Assembly (NCBI GenBank): GCA_010093745.1
Contig: MU006015.1
Span: 12,184-76,183, forward strand
Length of the DNA stretch: 64,000 nt
Origin: Piedraia hortae CBS 480.64
Taxonomy: Eukaryota
Reading direction: 5' to 3'
This document shows, piece by piece, positions 10,103 through 22,571 of the stretch. The position numbers and the translations under genes were made by a program. Under the pieces are notes generated by a model. The model was not told the origin of the DNA. It searched no databases and saw only the letters and a program-made list of their open reading frames with translations. Numbering within the stretch: the first letter of the stretch is position 1; each line of letters starts with the position of its first letter.

Positions 10103-13100
10103 TCATGTTACAACAACTGTGTCATCCGTCTTTCCATCTATGAATACATTGTCCACGGCCATGCTCTCCTGTATGGGTATGATATTAGAGAGCGCAAATA
10201 GAAAATTGATGGCCAATTCCCCATAGACAGAATTCCCATCAAGCAAAGCCGCCAACTGATCTGTCCAGGAAAGCAGAGAAAGCGCTGCACGCACAATGTT
10301 GCTCTCATTGATTGTATCTGCAATGTCGGAATGCACCTGGGAGGCGCCCTTGACCAAGAGCACCGTCCGAAGCAGAGCAGTTAGAAGTGCAAAATCTGCC
10401 GGCAGTGCAAGTGACATGTCCGAGTGCAAGTTGGCACAAAGGGCTCTGAAGCCTGGTATGATGACCCGCTGCACAATGCAAATCAGAACATTTGCCGTGG
10501 CGCTACCCAGTTCCAGATTGGTACTCTCTTGATCCTTTGGCAGGTAGACATAAGGCCGCAGGGCCAGGAACAGGATTTCAAGCAACATGCGATATTGAGC
10601 CATCTCCTCTGCGGTCGTCGCCACGTCATAGTCAACCGTGCTGGAGCTCACCAGCTTCCACGCAACCGGGAGAACGTCTTTTATGGCTCGATCTTGGGCT
10701 TTCGCCGCAACAAGCTTGGAAAGAACGACAAAAGCAAGTCTCAGTTGGGTCTGCCGTGCCAATTCCATGTTCGGGGCTTCTGGCATCATATCTGCACTGG
10801 CCGTCAGAGATGTCTTCGTAATCTTGATGGCCGTGGCTTGTAGTGCCTTGTCCTCGTCGATGCATTGAGCTACCAAGGCAGCCAAACGACTCCACGCGCC
10901 CAGCAAATGAGTCTGGGCATCCACCATGCTGAGGTTTGCGTTGGCGCGGGCAAATTCGGACCGATAGCCATCTTTGTTCTGTGTTGGTTGGCCATACCAG
11001 GCTATTTTCTGATGGCCCAGAATGTTTGACGCCGCGTCAAGGTCGTAGTAGAACGATACGCCATACGGCGCCGGATTTGCCTTGGTGCGCTTGAAATCTG
11101 CCAGCTCACAGTCGTGAAACTTGCTGGCCAAGTTATTCGCCAACGTCCGATGCAGAGAACGGTTGTACGTGTCCACTTTCGCGGCGTGGTTGGTCAGAAA
11201 TGACAGTTTCCCAACCAAGTGTTTGAGGACAGATTTATCACCGACTTCCAAGCTGGCGTTCAGATTCAATGCCAGTATGTCGCAAAGATGAGCAGCCATG
11301 AGGAGTTCCCGTGCGCTCATTGTTGCATCGGCAACCTCGGCCATCTTGGCAGGTGCCTTTAGCCTTTCTAGCCAATCCAGGGCGTTGCTGATGACCTTTT
11401 CGTTGGACCGCACAGCTGTGGTTGCCCAGATCCAATTCTCCTGCGCCGCTGCTACGAATTTCAGGATCCCAATAGCAATGCGGGGACTCAAGCCTTTGAT
11501 CTTGGCCAGCTCGTCTAGCGCTTGTGTGAGCAGCGATCGCCTCATGGCGGCACCCTCATTAACCGAGTCTTTGAGTCTTGCGTGCGGCAGAGCGCCGGTA
11601 AGAAGATACATGGCGAACCACTGTTGTCTGCCTTCAAGCACGGCGGCAAGAAATTCCCAAACAACAACTTCGTTGGCCGGCAAGCTAAAAGGACGGTCAA
11701 GTTGCGAAGCCATGGCCACAAAAGCCCTTGCTGATTCAGGACTGAGCCCGCTCAGCAATGAAGGTGGATCTGCATCGGTGCACGCGAGGGCGAGGACCAA
11801 ATCACGCAAAAAGGCAGCGAGTTCTAGTCGCCAAGAGTTTTCGAGGACATACAAGGTTGCCAGGACGGGCATCTGTTTGACGAGCTGGGCAGCCAAGGAA
11901 AACCTTCTTTGCAAGTTGCCTGTTGCATTGGCTGTTTGGAGGACTCTGGAAAGCAAGGTGCAAGATTGTTGCACCTGTTTAACCACTGAGGATCGATAGT
12001 TTGACCGCAGAAGCTCATCCGCTACGGTCAAGCCTTGTGCAAAATTGTTTTTCAGAGAGAGAAGCATGGCTTCCGAGTTCCCATCTGCCGGTGCAAGAGC
12101 ATCCATGATCATGTCGGCCGAAGGCATGAGCAAGGCCGCCATGTGCTGCTTGTCACTGCATTCTACTGATGTAGACAATGGGCTCTCCAGTCCATAAGCG
12201 TATCGCAATATCAGTTCAAAAGCCGACTCAATCTTGCAGACTGTTATTTGCAATTCTTCGGGAACAGTGAAATTCCAAGTGCCCAACATCTCGAACACAG
12301 CCAACACGGTTCTGGTGAAGGCGCCCAAAACCGTGTTTACCATTCGTTCAGGAACAAGAGGCACCGGACGGCCCATGGGAGACTCGAACCGGCTCTCACG
12401 CTTAGCTCCGCCCGACTTTCGCTGCACCAGGCCAGCAACGGCATCCTCTACCAAACCCACATAAAGCGTAGTGCATGCTTCCAAAAAACGAAACTGTCCG
12501 AGATGGACCTCTGTTCCAGCAACGATAGCACCAAAGCCGCCGTTGGTTAAGTTGATCATGGCACTTCTGCTGAGAATGGACCAGGCTCGCTCGGGAAAGA
12601 TGCGTGTCAGGTGGGACATGAAATCAGCGCAGGCCACAGCAAGATCGAGCGAGAGCATCAGGGCATTCTGCTCAAAGTGCGCGGTCAGCTCGACTTCAAA
12701 TATGTCGGCAATAACGCTGACAATGTCAGATTCGGCTGGCAAAGCATTACTGAAGCGTCCGAGGATAAAACGCGCTTCTTCAATGGGATGGGGCCCAGTC
12801 CGAGTGGTTGAAAGCAGCGCGTTGATCAGCGAGATGATGCCAGACGATGCTTGACGATCCGCCAACGCTCCCGGAGGCGAAGGCTTGAGTTCGCTGCCAA
12901 GCAGACAAGTCGATAGGAACAGGCCAAGGTACTCCAGCCCCGAGTGTGGATGATGTAGCTGGAAAACCATGGGCTGCTCTTCTCTAATTACAAGGCCTGG
13001 CGTGCCCACGAAAACCATCATGGCACTGCTCCAAATCTGCTCTTCTTGCGTATTTTCAGCTATCTGCAATCTTTGCCCGAAGAATACGTCCTGTCTGGGT

Positions 13101-14902
13101 ATGAACAGTGGAAGATTGCTCGTTAGTCTGATGGAGTTTGTGTTGTCTTCTTCATTCTCCAGCTCGTACGAGCGAAAGTGCTCGGGCACCATCATCGTCA
13201 GCGTCTTCAGCTGGTCGAGTAGCTGGACGACATCGAACTCTGTGGCGTCAGAAGCTCTTTGGCAAGCTGCTAGTATGGTACAGATTGGCAGCAGAGACGA
13301 AAGCTCGTAGGGATACCGTGCAAACGTCTGGTCGAGCACTGCAACGCGCAAGACGGGGTCGTGTACGAGTTGCATGGCCAGGCTGTAGCTATCTGGGCCT
13401 TTTCCCAGACCGCTGGCCAGACGGGGCTCAAGCAGGTCGAGGATTGCCAGGAGCAGAACCTCTTGATAATCGACGAGAGCCAGGCTCTCTCGCACCAGAC
13501 TAAGCAGGAGTTTTCTGGCCATGAACGGCGTGGCATGGTCCATGTCGCTGCCATAAGCAGTGGTGAGCGTGATGCTGATCTGGCTAATAGCTGCGTAGGC
13601 GTTGAGATCGTCCACGGCGGCCTTGGCAAAGAACTGCGAAGGATCGGCGCGGGCTTCGTCCAGGGCCGGATCCACAAAGCGGTTCCACATACGCTCCATC
13701 TGACCCTCGCCGCCTTGCCGAGAGTCGGTAGGGGACTCTGCACCGCCCAGCAGCCGCTGCTGATGCTCGCGTGCCGCAGTCTCGACAGCTGCGGCATCTT
13801 TGACAGCCGTAGCCACCAAGGCCCAGGCAAAAATGGCCAAACAGGCTGGAACACACGAAGCTTGCACCGCCCGGTACAGAATATGGTTGATTTTCCTGAA
13901 CAGCTCGTTATCTCCGAAATAAGCAACCGACAGCAGGCTGGGATAGGCAACGGCCTTGCTCTCCACCGCGGCCCGGCGATACTTTTCAATTATCTTGAAC
14001 GGCTCCAGCATGGCAGCCGAGATGGTCGCCACGAGGGCCTGGATAGCCTGGAGCAAGTCCTGCAAATACGGCGGCACCAAGAACGACTGCAGGAAGCCCA
14101 GACTGTCCATCAGCTCGAACCAGCGGGCCACGACCATCGCCGACAACGACCCCGAGCCCCGCTGCATATGGACATGGGCCAGCAGCATGCGCAGCCTCTT
14201 GGCCAGCGACTGGAAGAGGAAAGTGTAGTAGAAATCAGCGTCGGTTTGGAAGATGAACGGTCGACTGCCCGCATCGCCGAGCTCTTGGAAGCAGCCCTCA
14301 ATGGCCTGCATGTCGCTATCAACGCTTCCACGGGCAGCAACTTGGCGGGCCAGCCCATCTATCCACGATGCCGCCGTCTGATGCAATGCGTGACGGCCGG
14401 TCAGGGCAGCTTGGATGGCCAGCAGGCTCTGACATTCTTCGGCCCAGACGGTCAGCAGCCGGCCACGGCGAGCGTCGTCATTGGAGAAGTCAACGGCTGC
14501 TCCGCCAGCACACTCGGTCTTTAGCTGTTGAACTGCGCGCGTTTGCCATGCGACGACGACGATGCGGAGCGCGTCAACCTCCTGGACCGCAACCTCTTTG
14601 GACAGCCACAGTGCGTCCTGCTTGATTTGTCCCAAATCGTAGTCGCCCGTCGGCGATTCCACATCGTGGACAGGCGCAACTCTTTCATCGTAGGCGCTTC
14701 TGCTTGCAGCCGACGGCTTCGCTGGCGGCGCGCAGATGCGCTCGGCCGTCTCGTCGTCGGTGAGGAAATGCTCCAACACGGCGCTTTCTTTGGCTGCGGC
14801 CACATGGCACAGCGCTCTATATGCGGCATTCCACGAGATCAGACGACTGTTTCCAGCCAGACAGCGGTCGAGAGGCGGGAAATAGACTACACCGTGGGCC
14901 AT
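10103..14902 (-). CDS. NUP188: Nucleoporin Nup188 (Nup184); C-terminus possibly truncated
   Basis: About 1600-aa alpha-solenoid ORF; YFPPLDRCL start, IKQDALWLSKEV...ALRIVV, ARYPYE and FPERAWSILSRS motifs. Confidence 0.88.
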   Translation of the reverse strand: MAHGVVYFPPLDRCLAGNSRLISWNAAYRALCHVAAAKESAVLEHFLTDDETAERICAPPAKPSAASRSAYDERVAPVHDVESPTGDYDLGQIKQDALWLSKEVAVQEVDALRIVVVAWQTRAVQQLKTECAGGAAVDFSNDDARRGRLLTVWAEECQSLLAIQAALTGRHALHQTAASWIDGLARQVAARGSVDSDMQAIEGCFQELGDAGSRPFIFQTDADFYYTFLFQSLAKRLRMLLAHVHMQRGSGSLSAMVVARWFELMDSLGFLQSFLVPPYLQDLLQAIQALVATISAAMLEPFKIIEKYRRAAVESKAVAYPSLLSVAYFGDNELFRKINHILYRAVQASCVPACLAIFAWALVATAVKDAAAVETAAREHQQRLLGGAESPTDSRQGGEGQMERMWNRFVDPALDEARADPSQFFAKAAVDDLNAYAAISQISITLTTAYGSDMDHATPFMARKLLLSLVRESLALVDYQEVLLLAILDLLEPRLASGLGKGPDSYSLAMQLVHDPVLRVAVLDQTFARYPYELSSLLPICTILAACQRASDATEFDVVQLLDQLKTLTMMVPEHFRSYELENEEDNTNSIRLTSNLPLFIPRQDVFFGQRLQIAENTQEEQIWSSAMMVFVGTPGLVIREEQPMVFQLHHPHSGLEYLGLFLSTCLLGSELKPSPPGALADRQASSGIISLINALLSTTRTGPHPIEEARFILGRFSNALPAESDIVSVIADIFEVELTAHFEQNALMLSLDLAVACADFMSHLTRIFPERAWSILSRSAMINLTNGGFGAIVAGTEVHLGQFRFLEACTTLYVGLVEDAVAGLVQRKSGGAKRESRFESPMGRPVPLVPERMVNTVLGAFTRTVLAVFEMLGTWNFTVPEELQITVCKIESAFELILRYAYGLESPLSTSVECSDKQHMAALLMPSADMIMDALAPADGNSEAMLLSLKNNFAQGLTVADELLRSNYRSSVVKQVQQSCTLLSRVLQTANATGNLQRRFSLAAQLVKQMPVLATLYVLENSWRLELAAFLRDLVLALACTDADPPSLLSGLSPESARAFVAMASQLDRPFSLPANEVVVWEFLAAVLEGRQQWFAMYLLTGALPHARLKDSVNEGAAMRRSLLTQALDELAKIKGLSPRIAIGILKFVAAAQENWIWATTAVRSNEKVISNALDWLERLKAPAKMAEVADATMSARELLMAAHLCDILALNLNASLEVGDKSVLKHLVGKLSFLTNHAAKVDTYNRSLHRTLANNLASKFHDCELADFKRTKANPAPYGVSFYYDLDAASNILGHQKIAWYGQPTQNKDGYRSEFARANANLSMVDAQTHLLGAWSRLAALVAQCIDEDKALQATAIKITKTSLTASADMMPEAPNMELARQTQLRLAFVVLSKLVAAKAQDRAIKDVLPVAWKLVSSSTVDYDVATTAEEMAQYRMLLEILFLALRPYVYLPKDQESTNLELGSATANVLICIVQRVIIPGFRALCANLHSDMSLALPADFALLTALLRTVLLVKGASQVHSDIADTINESNIVRAALSLLSWTDQLAALLDGNSVYGELAINFLFALSNIIPIQESMAVDNVFIDGKTDDTVVVT

Positions 14903-15173
14903 TCTGACAGGGCTGAGCTCTATCTTGCTCCTTGTCACGCGCGTAGAAAACAGCTACAGGTGTGAGAGTTGGCAGGGCCAGGGTTATCATAATATTCTTA
15001 AGCCATTTCTGTGCAAACACGGTACCACCGGCCCTTGGGCGGAGTGGGTGAAAGTTGACGCGCGGAATTTCACCGCCGTTGTTGTCCCAACCGTTTAGCG
15101 GCCATGGCCCGTGCACCACAACTGCCACGGGGTCCTAGAGCGGTAGAGTAGACGTGTAAGATAATTAGTAGAC

Positions 15174-15410
15174 ATGGCTCTGTCCGGCATCCAAAAGGAT
15201 GTGCTACGTCTATACCGCCAATGCCTACGTGCGGCTCGTTTCAAGCCCGCACTCGCCAGGCCAAATTTTGAGGCTTTTGCCCGGAAAGAGTTTGAAAAAC
15301 ACATGGCGTTAAACCGAAAGGATTTTGCAACGATAGAGTTCCAGCTGAGAAAGGGCGAGCGGCAGCTTGAGACTTACAAACAGCCGGGAGTCAGAAACAT
15401 TGCAGCCTGA
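15174..15410 (+). CDS. SDH6: LYR-motif succinate dehydrogenase assembly factor 1
   Basis: LSGIQKDVLRLYRQCLR...ARKEF...KDFATIEFQLRKGERQLE; 78 aa. Confidence 0.88.
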   Translation: MALSGIQKDVLRLYRQCLRAARFKPALARPNFEAFARKEFEKHMALNRKDFATIEFQLRKGERQLETYKQPGVRNIAA

Positions 15411-15977
15411 CTGGTGACGGCTTAGACGTGGTGCCTGTCGCTGCCTATGGACTCACTTCACCAAATCGATTATCGGCAAGAACACGTCTGGGTGACATCC
15501 AAGTGAGACATTATATGTACAAAATGCTCTACAAATAGAAAGGTAAAGAAGCAAAACAGGTATTTACTCGTCATCCCGACGACACCATGACGACTACCCC
15601 ATTGATAGGTTAACGAAGACCTGAGTGCGCCCAAAGGGAAAAAAAAACTGACTCATCCAAGAGGGGCTTGGACAGTAAAGCGCTTCTCCATCGGCTCTGC
15701 ATGATTCCATCTCTCCAGGAGCCATCCACATGAACAAAGGTCGGAAAGTAACGAAAGCTCAACACGCAATTTTCGATGCAAACTCGTCCAGCGATTGTTA
15801 ATTGGTATGCAGCCGTAAACCGGTGACCCCAGAAAGCGTCTGCACATTGAGAAATCATAAATTTGAATGAAAAAAAGGGGGTATCTTTGCGAGAAGTCAG
15901 CCTACACCGGCACCGGTCGCTGGTACTCAGGGTTGGCGTGCCGCGTGAAAAGCGACGTCAAAGGGCTTTGAAGCTTG

Positions 15978-17485
15978 CTATGATTCTGAAAAGATAAACT
16001 TGGCTGTGCCAGAAGTCAACGACACCTGCTCCATGATCAGCATTGGTTATACAGCCCATGAAGAGAAAGAAGACCCACCGTGCATCCGGTAATCCGGCTA
16101 CAGTCATCGTAGTTATCACCGCTACAATACTCTCCGTTGGAGTATTTACACTTGCCATTCACCCCGTCTCCAATGACTTCGATAGTGAAGTCGAGCGAAG
16201 CTGTGGTGGTGGGCAAGTTCTGGAAGATGGACAGCCAAGCCGAACCACGGCTGTAGCCCACCCCGAGGTTGAGCGGAGCAAAGTTGCCCCAAGGATTAGC
16301 CGACGAGCCCCATTGACAGCCGTCCGACACGTCCACCCCAGCCGGGTTGACGTAGTATTGAGCGGACGTGTAGCCACCCTCCCAGACGTAATACTTGTCT
16401 GCATCCGGGCAGGTGAGCTTGGAGGTGGTGCCGGCCTTGGCGTTGAGTGGAACCGTTTCGCTCTCTGTACCTGGATAATCGGTTCGGCAGATGGCAACAT
16501 TCTGCGACATGCGGTTCTCCACAAGAATCTCTACTTCGGACGCTCCGGGCATGCAGAGCTTGGTCGACAGATCGGAATTAGTCAGCCTCAGCTTGCCGCC
16601 CTTGCACTGGATGCCTCCAACTGATTGGCCCGTCGATCCCTGGGTGGAAGGCCACTGTGATTTTTGGTATCCCGGAGGACAGGCGTATGAGCAGTACTTT
16701 CCTTCGCTGCAGCAGTCTGAACCGGAGCAAGCATCGGAACTGACTGTCCGGATGTTGCCGTAGCCACCACCGCTGGAGATGCCTGGCGACTGAATGCCCG
16801 TCCAGCCACCAAGACCAAGCCAGTCGACGGCCACTGCCCCGTAATCAGATGGAAAGTGGGAGCAATCTAGCTCGCCATCGGGAAACTCGACGTCAACATT
16901 CGCCGGGTCATCATCATCCGTTGAGCTATCGGCAGACGAACCAGCAGATTCACTCTGGCTAGAAGCACTGTCTGAGGGGGAGGGGCTAGAACTGCTGGGC
17001 GAAGATGTGGCAGAAGGCAAGCTGGAGGCCACTGATGAGCCTGAGGCGCCCGAGTAGGCAGCTGCGCCGGCTGACGAAGACTCGGACGAAGCGGAATCGC
17101 TTTCTGAACTGCTAGCTGCCGTTGTATCCGAGCCAGAATCGAAGTAAGGCGCAGACGACCCAAGTCCAGATGTTCCGGATGTTGCAGATTGGCTTAATTC
17201 TGCCGATGCCGTGGGCGATGCGCCAGAAGACGCTGTAGCAGAATGGACAGCCTCCAAATGGCCACCTGGCGCCCATACCAGTGTGCCGTTGCGAATGCCC
17301 TCTTGCACTTCGGCTTCGGAAATGGGCCGTCCATCAAGGATGTAGGCTACCACAGTTGGACCAGGAACAACAACCATGTCACCATCGCGTTTTACGTCTT
17401 GGTGAGCGTGTTGGTGGGAATGATGTCGTGGTCTCGCGGCCATGGCCGCTACCGCCGCCGATATCAAAAAAAGGGCGTACCTCAT
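15978..17485 (-). CDS. Secreted SUN-family beta-glucanase (GH132) with Ser-rich linker
   Basis: Signal peptide MRYALFL; FPDGELDCSHFPSDYGAV, CSYACPPGYQKSQWP, CRTDYPGTESE and SAQYYVN motifs; last intron 16026-16078 gives the C-terminus VSLTSGTAKFIFSES. Confidence 0.92.
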
Positions 17486-18658
17486 CGTGACCTGCCAATT
17501 GCTAAAAATCAAAAGAATGTCGGGTACTGAACGAAAGTGATATTCCTCAAATTATCCGGCGACGGTCAATGATTGAGGGCACGGCATCAAGCAAGCAGAG
17601 AGAAGGAAGTGGGAGGGACGAGAGGAAAGAAACGGTGCGGGACGGGGGAAAGGCAGCGAATCAAGGGTCCTCTGCTATGTGTACCAATTTCGGCGTGATT
17701 GCACGGCTGCAGGGGCTTCAGTGAGGCCAAGGCTCGCACCACTGACCTGTTGGTCGATCCGGAAATTTGAATCTCTGCATCACATGGACAAGGCCATTCC
17801 CTTTGCCCTTGGCAAAACAATCGAAGACGGTGGATCAGTCTGATAGCGTAGGGACCACCATGTCTTCGCAGTTGTGCTATAGACTTGTGTGTTGGCTGTG
17901 AGACTCATCTGGGTGATTCCTGGACCAAGATTCTACCTTAAAACAACTAAATGCGCTTTAATGGGAGCATTGCTCGTTCCTTCACCTGGGTTAAAAGAGG
18001 AATGCAAGGGAACCCCATCTTATCAAAAAGTCCCTGCGCTAGCCGCTGGGCAAGGATAAGTGGACATGTGGTACCCCTGCATTCCGGCTGTCTCCCAAAA
18101 TAGCAAATACGCCTGGTCTGTCAGTAATTTTCCGTCTGGGGAGGGCAGCACGCCGAAAAGTGCTTCTGTGCTGGCGATGGTTGCTGACGAAATTTGCGCC
18201 TGCCAGTGAAGTCGTGTCTTGCGTTGCTCTTGTGGCACATTGACCGACGCGCATAGGCATTCTTGGCAGGTCTCGGTAGAGGAATGGAACCACTCGGGAC
18301 TCGTCGAAATGAAGACCCATGAATCGTTAGCTCGCCTGGTCGACTGACACTTTCCTAATGGGATGTTGGACATATCGTCATCCACTGCGCCAGAGTGTGC
18401 ATGATGCAAAACACGTAAATCTTTGCACGTTGACCTTGTACAGTCACAGTCGCCCAACCAGAGCTGTACATTGTATCTATCGACGACACGTCAGCTGGTC
18501 CGCGCGGACAACATAAATTGAAGCGTAGTTGGAGGCAGGACATGATAAAGCATTGTGCAAGTAACATGTACCACAGTAAGCCTCACGACGAATGACCTTG
18601 GCAAGTGGAGAATCAATCATTGAGAACCTCGCTGATCCTTTACGACTACAAACACACT

Positions 18659-19124
18659 CTATTCTTCTTCGTCTGCAAACTCGGCGCGACCGGCCTTTGA
18701 ATTCAGGTATTTGTTCCTTGGGCGATTAGCGCACATCTTGGTATGACCTAAATGATTTGACACTTACCGTTCCTCGGCCCATTGTAAGGCCTCGTAGGCA
18801 AGAAACATTGGGATGGACCAGTACAGAATCTGCATACGGGTGCGATAGAATGTGTTGAAGATGGCAGCGCGTAGGGTGCCGGCCAATGGATTCAAACGGT
18901 CGTTTGCTACCGCGTAGGAAGTAACGCCTTTCTGCGGAAGAGAGCCTTTGACGAGTTAGTCTAAGGGCAGGAGATGGTGTAGGTCCAGCGTTACCAAAAG
19001 CACCCCACGGGCCTAGGTACCTGTTGGAAAGCGGTTAGACTTGGACCAGGAACTGGTAGTTTAACACGAACTGGCCGGGTCTCTTTTCGCCGCCGCCGCC
19101 GCGCAGAATCTGAGAAGGTCGCAT
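18659..19124 (-). CDS. QCR8: Cytochrome bc1 complex subunit 8; four exons, absent from the ORF track
   Basis: Stitched protein MRPSQILRGGGGEKRPGQYLGPWGAFGSLPQKGVTSYAVANDRLNPLAGTLRAAIFNTFYRTRMQILYW...WAEERNKYLNSKAGRAEFADEEE. Confidence 0.9.
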
Positions 19125-19270
19125 TGCTGATTGGTGATGGCTGATGGCTGTTGGGTGTGTCGGGGGTGAAGTGCGGCGGACGACGGGAAGTTCCGTCAGG
19201 CGACGTCCCCAAGCTGCGACTTTGACGGCTGCCAGTTCTACCGCCATTCTAACAACGGCTGCCACCCCAA

Positions 19271-20168
19271 ATGGCTGCCGCAAATGCTCTCAATCAGCTC
19301 TACCGGCTGGCTGTCCCCGCTGCCATTGGCCTCTCTTTCGTCTCGGCTTCCATGTACGACGTCAAAGGTGGACAGCGTGCCGTCATCTTCGACCGGTTGC
19401 GAGGCGTGTCAGACCACGTCTCGGCCGAAGGAACGCATTTCCTAGTGCCATGGTTGCAACGAGCGGTCATGTACGATGTGCGCACCAAACCGCGCAACAT
19501 TGCCACGACGACGGGCAGTAAGGACTTGCAAATGGTCAGCTTGACGCTGCGCGTGCTGCACAGGCCCGAAGTCCAAATGCTGCCCAAGATCTACCAGGTA
19601 TGTGCTTGTATGTCTCAGTCAAGGGCTTCTTGTTGACCATGCACAGAATCTCGGCCAAGACTACGACGATCGCGTGCTGCCGTCAATAGGAAACGAAGTC
19701 CTAAAGTCAGTCATTGCTCAGTTCGACGCAGCGGAACTCATCACCCAGCGTGAAGCTGTTTCGGAGCGCATACGCGGTGATCTCATGAAGCGCGCGGCCG
19801 ACTTCCATATCGCGTTGGAGGATGTCTCCATCACCCACCTCACCTTTGGCCGGGAGTTTACAAAGGCCGTTGAGGAGAAGCAGATCGCACAGCAAGAGGC
19901 CGAACGCGCGAGGTTTGTTGTAGAAAAGGCAGAGCAGGAACGCCAGGCCAACGTTATACGTGCAGAGGGCGAGAGCGAGGCGGCCGAAGTGATCTCTCGC
20001 GCCGTGGCCAGGAGCGGAGATGGCCTCATTCAAATCAGACGCATTGAAACGCAAAAGGACGTTGCGCAGATGTTGGCCAACAACCCCAATGTGACATACC
20101 TACCCGGAGGTGGTGCGGCAGGAGATGGAAACGGCAAAGGGAACTTTCTTCTTGGCTTGAGGTCGTAG
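19271..20168 (+). CDS. PHB1: Prohibitin 1
   Basis: [36 protein letters not shown] and [21 protein letters not shown]; intron 19598-19646. Confidence 0.95.
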
Positions 20169-20340
20169 AGAAGAGTATGAGCCATGTATCATAGTTGCAA
20201 ACTGTAGCCCGGAAAGGCTGGTTCGGTACCACCAACTGCAGAGAGATATTCAAGACGGGCTGACGATAATTATAGCTAGTGAGAATATGTTCTGCAAAAC
20301 AAAGCTATTCACCGCTGCCCCAACGTCTCTAAAAACAGGC

Positions 20341-21965
20341 TTATCTTGCATTAATGACTTTTCCTAGAGCTCGGAGCACATCGTACGGCTCTAGAGCCTT
20401 GGCTTGGGCCCTACGGTCTTTGGCATCCAGATGCTCTGCAGCTCCCGACAAAATGTCGTCCGCTGCTTGTTGCGCCTTGCCACGGGTCATGGCTACAATA
20501 TGCCCGCCGTTGGCATAGCTGTCGACCTGGAGCTGTAACTCACTCCTTCGTTCTCGCAGACGCCGTGCCGTGGAAGCCAGCGTCTCTTCCGACATGGGCT
20601 GGATGCGGCCTATCGAGGTTTTGTAAGGACCAATGAGGAGGTTGGGTTCAATGGGCGACGAGAGCTCCTCTTTGCCTATGTCCCCGAGCGATGGAATCGT
20701 TGCCGCCTTGACGATTTCATCCCACTCCGTTCGTTCGCGCTTCAACCTAAAGATCGTTGTCAGCCGCACACGACTGAGAGACTTGGAGAAGACACTTACC
20801 GCTCAAGCTCCCGCCCGAGTTTCTCTGCGTTAGCCGCATTGGCAATGTTACGTGGATGAGCCTTCTTCCGCCGAACAGGCCTTGGCACCTCATCTCGAGA
20901 AAACCAATCACTCAACCTTCCATTCGAAATGAGTTCTTTGGAAAGCTCTTCTTGAATAGCGAATGCTGTGAGAAATCAGCGCTTGTTCCGCTTAATGTCA
21001 GCCCGTCATACCTGTTTGTCTCGCGCGAGTTTCTGGTCCACTGTTTTCTTCAGACCTAGGCGGCAATGCCCGAGTACCGCACCAGCCAAGTAAGCAGCGC
21101 ATCCGTCGTGGCTCTGTCAGACCAGGAGAGATGTGCTGGTAAAACTCGGCTGTGGGAACTTCTGGGTGAGGCAAACCTGTAACCCAAGGTTAGCGCCGTA
21201 CTGTCATGTTCGTTGAGCTTTACCATTGCCTTTTCCTTCCTCCATAAGGCTGCTCGCCCGCCTCCCTCGCATGTCGGTGCTACTCCGTCGATTCTCGGCG
21301 CTGCTTTTGCCCACTCCACCATTTCTCCGAGCCACAGGAGTCTCGTCAAAATGGAGCGCAATCCTGGTTGCTTTTTTCGGCCCATCAGCGTCTTGCTTCC
21401 GTCGCTTCCCCACTGTTAGCGGGGGCGGTGTCTGGTCGCGATGGAACTGCGTGGAGACGACCTTTTGCAACGGGGATGGATTTTGTACAGAGGGCTGCCG
21501 TGATGGAGCAACCTGCGACTGCATCTTGTCGCTGGAAAGGCGCTTGCTTCTACGCACGGGGATCTCGCGCTCTGGAGTTGGCGGTAACGTTCGGCGCGCC
21601 TTTCTCGGGGCTTTCTCCTTGGCTTGCTGCGACCCAGGCTGATCTGAGCAATCAGCTTGTTTTGCTGGTCCCGTTTCTGGCACATCTTTGCCCGTTTGAG
21701 CTGCTGCTGGCTCCGGAGCCTTGCGCGATCTAGTTCTCTTCTTGGAAAAGGTGAATCCATCTACATCTTCATCGTATACCTTTGCCTTTCGTCTCTCTTG
21801 AGATGGTTTCGTCGTGCTTGTCGCATTCGTCTCTCCGCTGTTGCCGCGACTCTTCTTCGGCGGCGGTTCGGTCCCATCTGCGACTTCGCCAGACAATCGC
21901 GCGCTCCGCCTCTTCTGTCCGTTCATGACTATGGGTACCAAGGCCGGCGTGATAGTCATAGACAT
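20341..21965 (-). CDS. DSN1: Kinetochore MIND/Mis12 complex subunit Dsn1/Mis13
   Basis: YDEDVDGFTF, RRSSTDMRGRRASSL, LPHPEVPTAEFYQHI and EPRRMRCLLGWCG after splicing; several short introns; start codon approximate. Confidence 0.85.
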
Positions 21966-22571
21966 CTCTCCAAAGACAGTGGGCACCTGCCGGTCAGCGA
22001 GCGGAACCTCTGCCGCCTACTATGAATGTTGTTGCGCCTGGTGCGAGCGCGGGCGTTGTTTACTTCGGGTAAAGTGCGGGATAAATCATGTGATCTAGAG
22101 CTTCCCACTTCCCCACATTATGCCCCGCACGGACGCCACCGTCACATCGGGATGGTAGGTACGTTGAGATGATAAAGCATAGGCTGGCTCCGTAGAGGTA
22201 GGGTGTAAATGTTAACCGCCAGACTTCCCTCAGGCTATCCGTTGTCCGCTTTGCCGAATGTATTTTAAGGAGACTCGTTTGAGACAGGGGCATTAACTTG
22301 CTTATAGTCATACCTTCATTGCAGTATTTATCGAACTATCTGGAAGCATCTTAATGTAGGCACCAATGATATGTTTCAGCAATGGAATGCCAATCACTGC
22401 CTTTTCCAAGCAATACGTAAGTGGCTCAATGAACACGCTGTTGATTATGTCGGTCGGTTCACAAATGATATGTTGACCGAGGCTGTAGGTTACGCTGTGC
22501 CGAAAAAACGTCACCAGCCGTTGGGATAAAGCGGACACAAACTTCTTGACAAAACTGCGAACATTGCGAAC

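Noticed and set aside
13361..14524. 387-aa plus-strand ORF
   Set aside because: Antisense shadow of GC-rich Nup188 coding sequence, with no recognisable motifs.
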